The notes beneath the pieces are model-generated. The model did not search any database, was not told the origin of the DNA, and saw only the letters and a list, made by a program, of their open reading frames with translations. Positions 44,802 through 45,394 of a stretch of DNA of 45,394 nt are shown here, one piece after another. Position 1 is the first letter of the stretch, and every line of letters starts with the position of its first letter. The stretch is from Candidatus Limnocylindria bacterium (GTDB taxonomy: Bacteria > Chloroflexota > Limnocylindria > QHBO01). A program made the position numbers and the translations under genes. The stretch spans positions 1 through 45,394 of the forward strand of contig DASTYP010000064.1 in the NCBI GenBank assembly GCA_035764845.1, written 5' to 3'.

Positions 44802-45394
44802 ATGATCCGGGGCATCGACCACCTGGTCGTCGCCGTCACCGATCCGGACGCCGCTGCCGCCGAGCTCGAGTCACGGGTCGGGCTGACGTGCACCGGCGGT
44901 GGGCAGCATCCGGGTGCCGGCACGGTCAACCGCCTCGCCTTCCTGGCCGATGGCAGCTACCTCGAGCTCATCGGCGTGGAGGACCCGGCGGCCGCGCGCG
45001 CCAACCCGGTCGGCGCGGCCTCGCTCCAGATGCTGGAGACGAACGGCGCTGGGCTGGCGACCTTCGCGCTCCTCGACGACGACCTGGAGGCGACCCTGCG
45101 GTCTCGTCCCGAGCTCGGGACGCGGACCCATGGCTCGCGCCAACGGCCGGATGGCGAGGTGGTGGAGTGGTGGACGGCCGCGCCTACCGAGCCGTTGTCG
45201 CCGACCTCGCCGTTCCTGATCGAGCACACCTACGCCGGTGCGGAGTGGGGTCCCGAGGCGATGCAGGTTCGCGCCGAGCAGGTCCATCCCATCGGCTCGG
45301 CCGTGCGCCTGGTGCGTCTTGACATCGCGGTCGACGATCCGCCGCTCGTCGCCGGCGAGCTCGCGTCCATCCTCGACGTCCCCGTGCAGGCCGT
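44802..45394 (+). CDS. VOC/glyoxalase-like domain protein (3'-truncated by the window end)
   Basis: This ORF is not in the supplied track because it has no stop in the window. I translated it manually from ATG 44802: MIRGIDHLVVAVTDPDAAAAELESRVGL...YLELIGVEDP...FLIEHTY. GC3 is high throughout. Confidence 0.7.
   Translation, partial: MIRGIDHLVVAVTDPDAAAAELESRVGLTCTGGGQHPGAGTVNRLAFLADGSYLELIGVEDPAAARANPVGAASLQMLETNGAGLATFALLDDDLEATLRSRPELGTRTHGSRQRPDGEVVEWWTAAPTEPLSPTSPFLIEHTYAGAEWGPEAMQVRAEQVHPIGSAVRLVRLDIAVDDPPLVAGELASILDVPVQA

Overview
This is a dense, roughly 70% GC bacterial chromosomal segment. The lineage looks Actinomycetota- or Chloroflexota-like; this is an inference from the F420-type enzymes, frequent GTG starts and many 4-nt GTGA/ATGA junctions. 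I can support about 50 protein-coding genes. I found no rRNA, tRNA, CRISPR array, transposase, integrase or recognisable defence or toxin module, so most of the window is ordinary core metabolism.

Main gene content:
- A sulfide/persulfide detoxification operon (MBL-rhodanese fusion plus a single-domain rhodanese).
- An Hsp20-SixA-cupin-NUDIX operon.
- Three dispersed homogentisate-pathway genes (hmgA, a FAH-type hydrolase, hppD).
- A PAS histidine kinase with a receiver-only response regulator.
- An NhaA-DsbA fusion protein.
- A MoxR/DUF58/DUF4129 membrane module.
- An HDAC-like amidohydrolase coupled to an MFS transporter.
- A TPR-cyclase signalling protein.
- proS, a threonine/serine dehydratase and deoD.
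- A conserved two-gene membrane pair resembling TIGR02587/TIGR02588.
- A tight nine-gene minus-strand array joining leucine-catabolism-like enzymes to a nucleoside hydrolase and a dedicated ECF transporter.

Observations most worth a second look:
- An excisionase/MerR-type HTH is fused in frame to the N-terminus of a biotin carboxylase-BCCP subunit, and no carboxyltransferase subunit is nearby.
- The ECF S component is about twice the usual length and sits next to an IUNH nucleoside hydrolase.
- A DinB-family protein is translationally coupled to the FAH gene, making it a candidate thiol-dependent maleylacetoacetate isomerase.
- The adenylate cyclase has an inverted architecture (N-terminal TPR-like domain, C-terminal cyclase).
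- The word ACCGATGC (core CCGATGC) recurs in all reading-frame registers and in intergenic DNA, far above a simple base-composition expectation.

All family assignments come from motifs read by eye. No database search was run.
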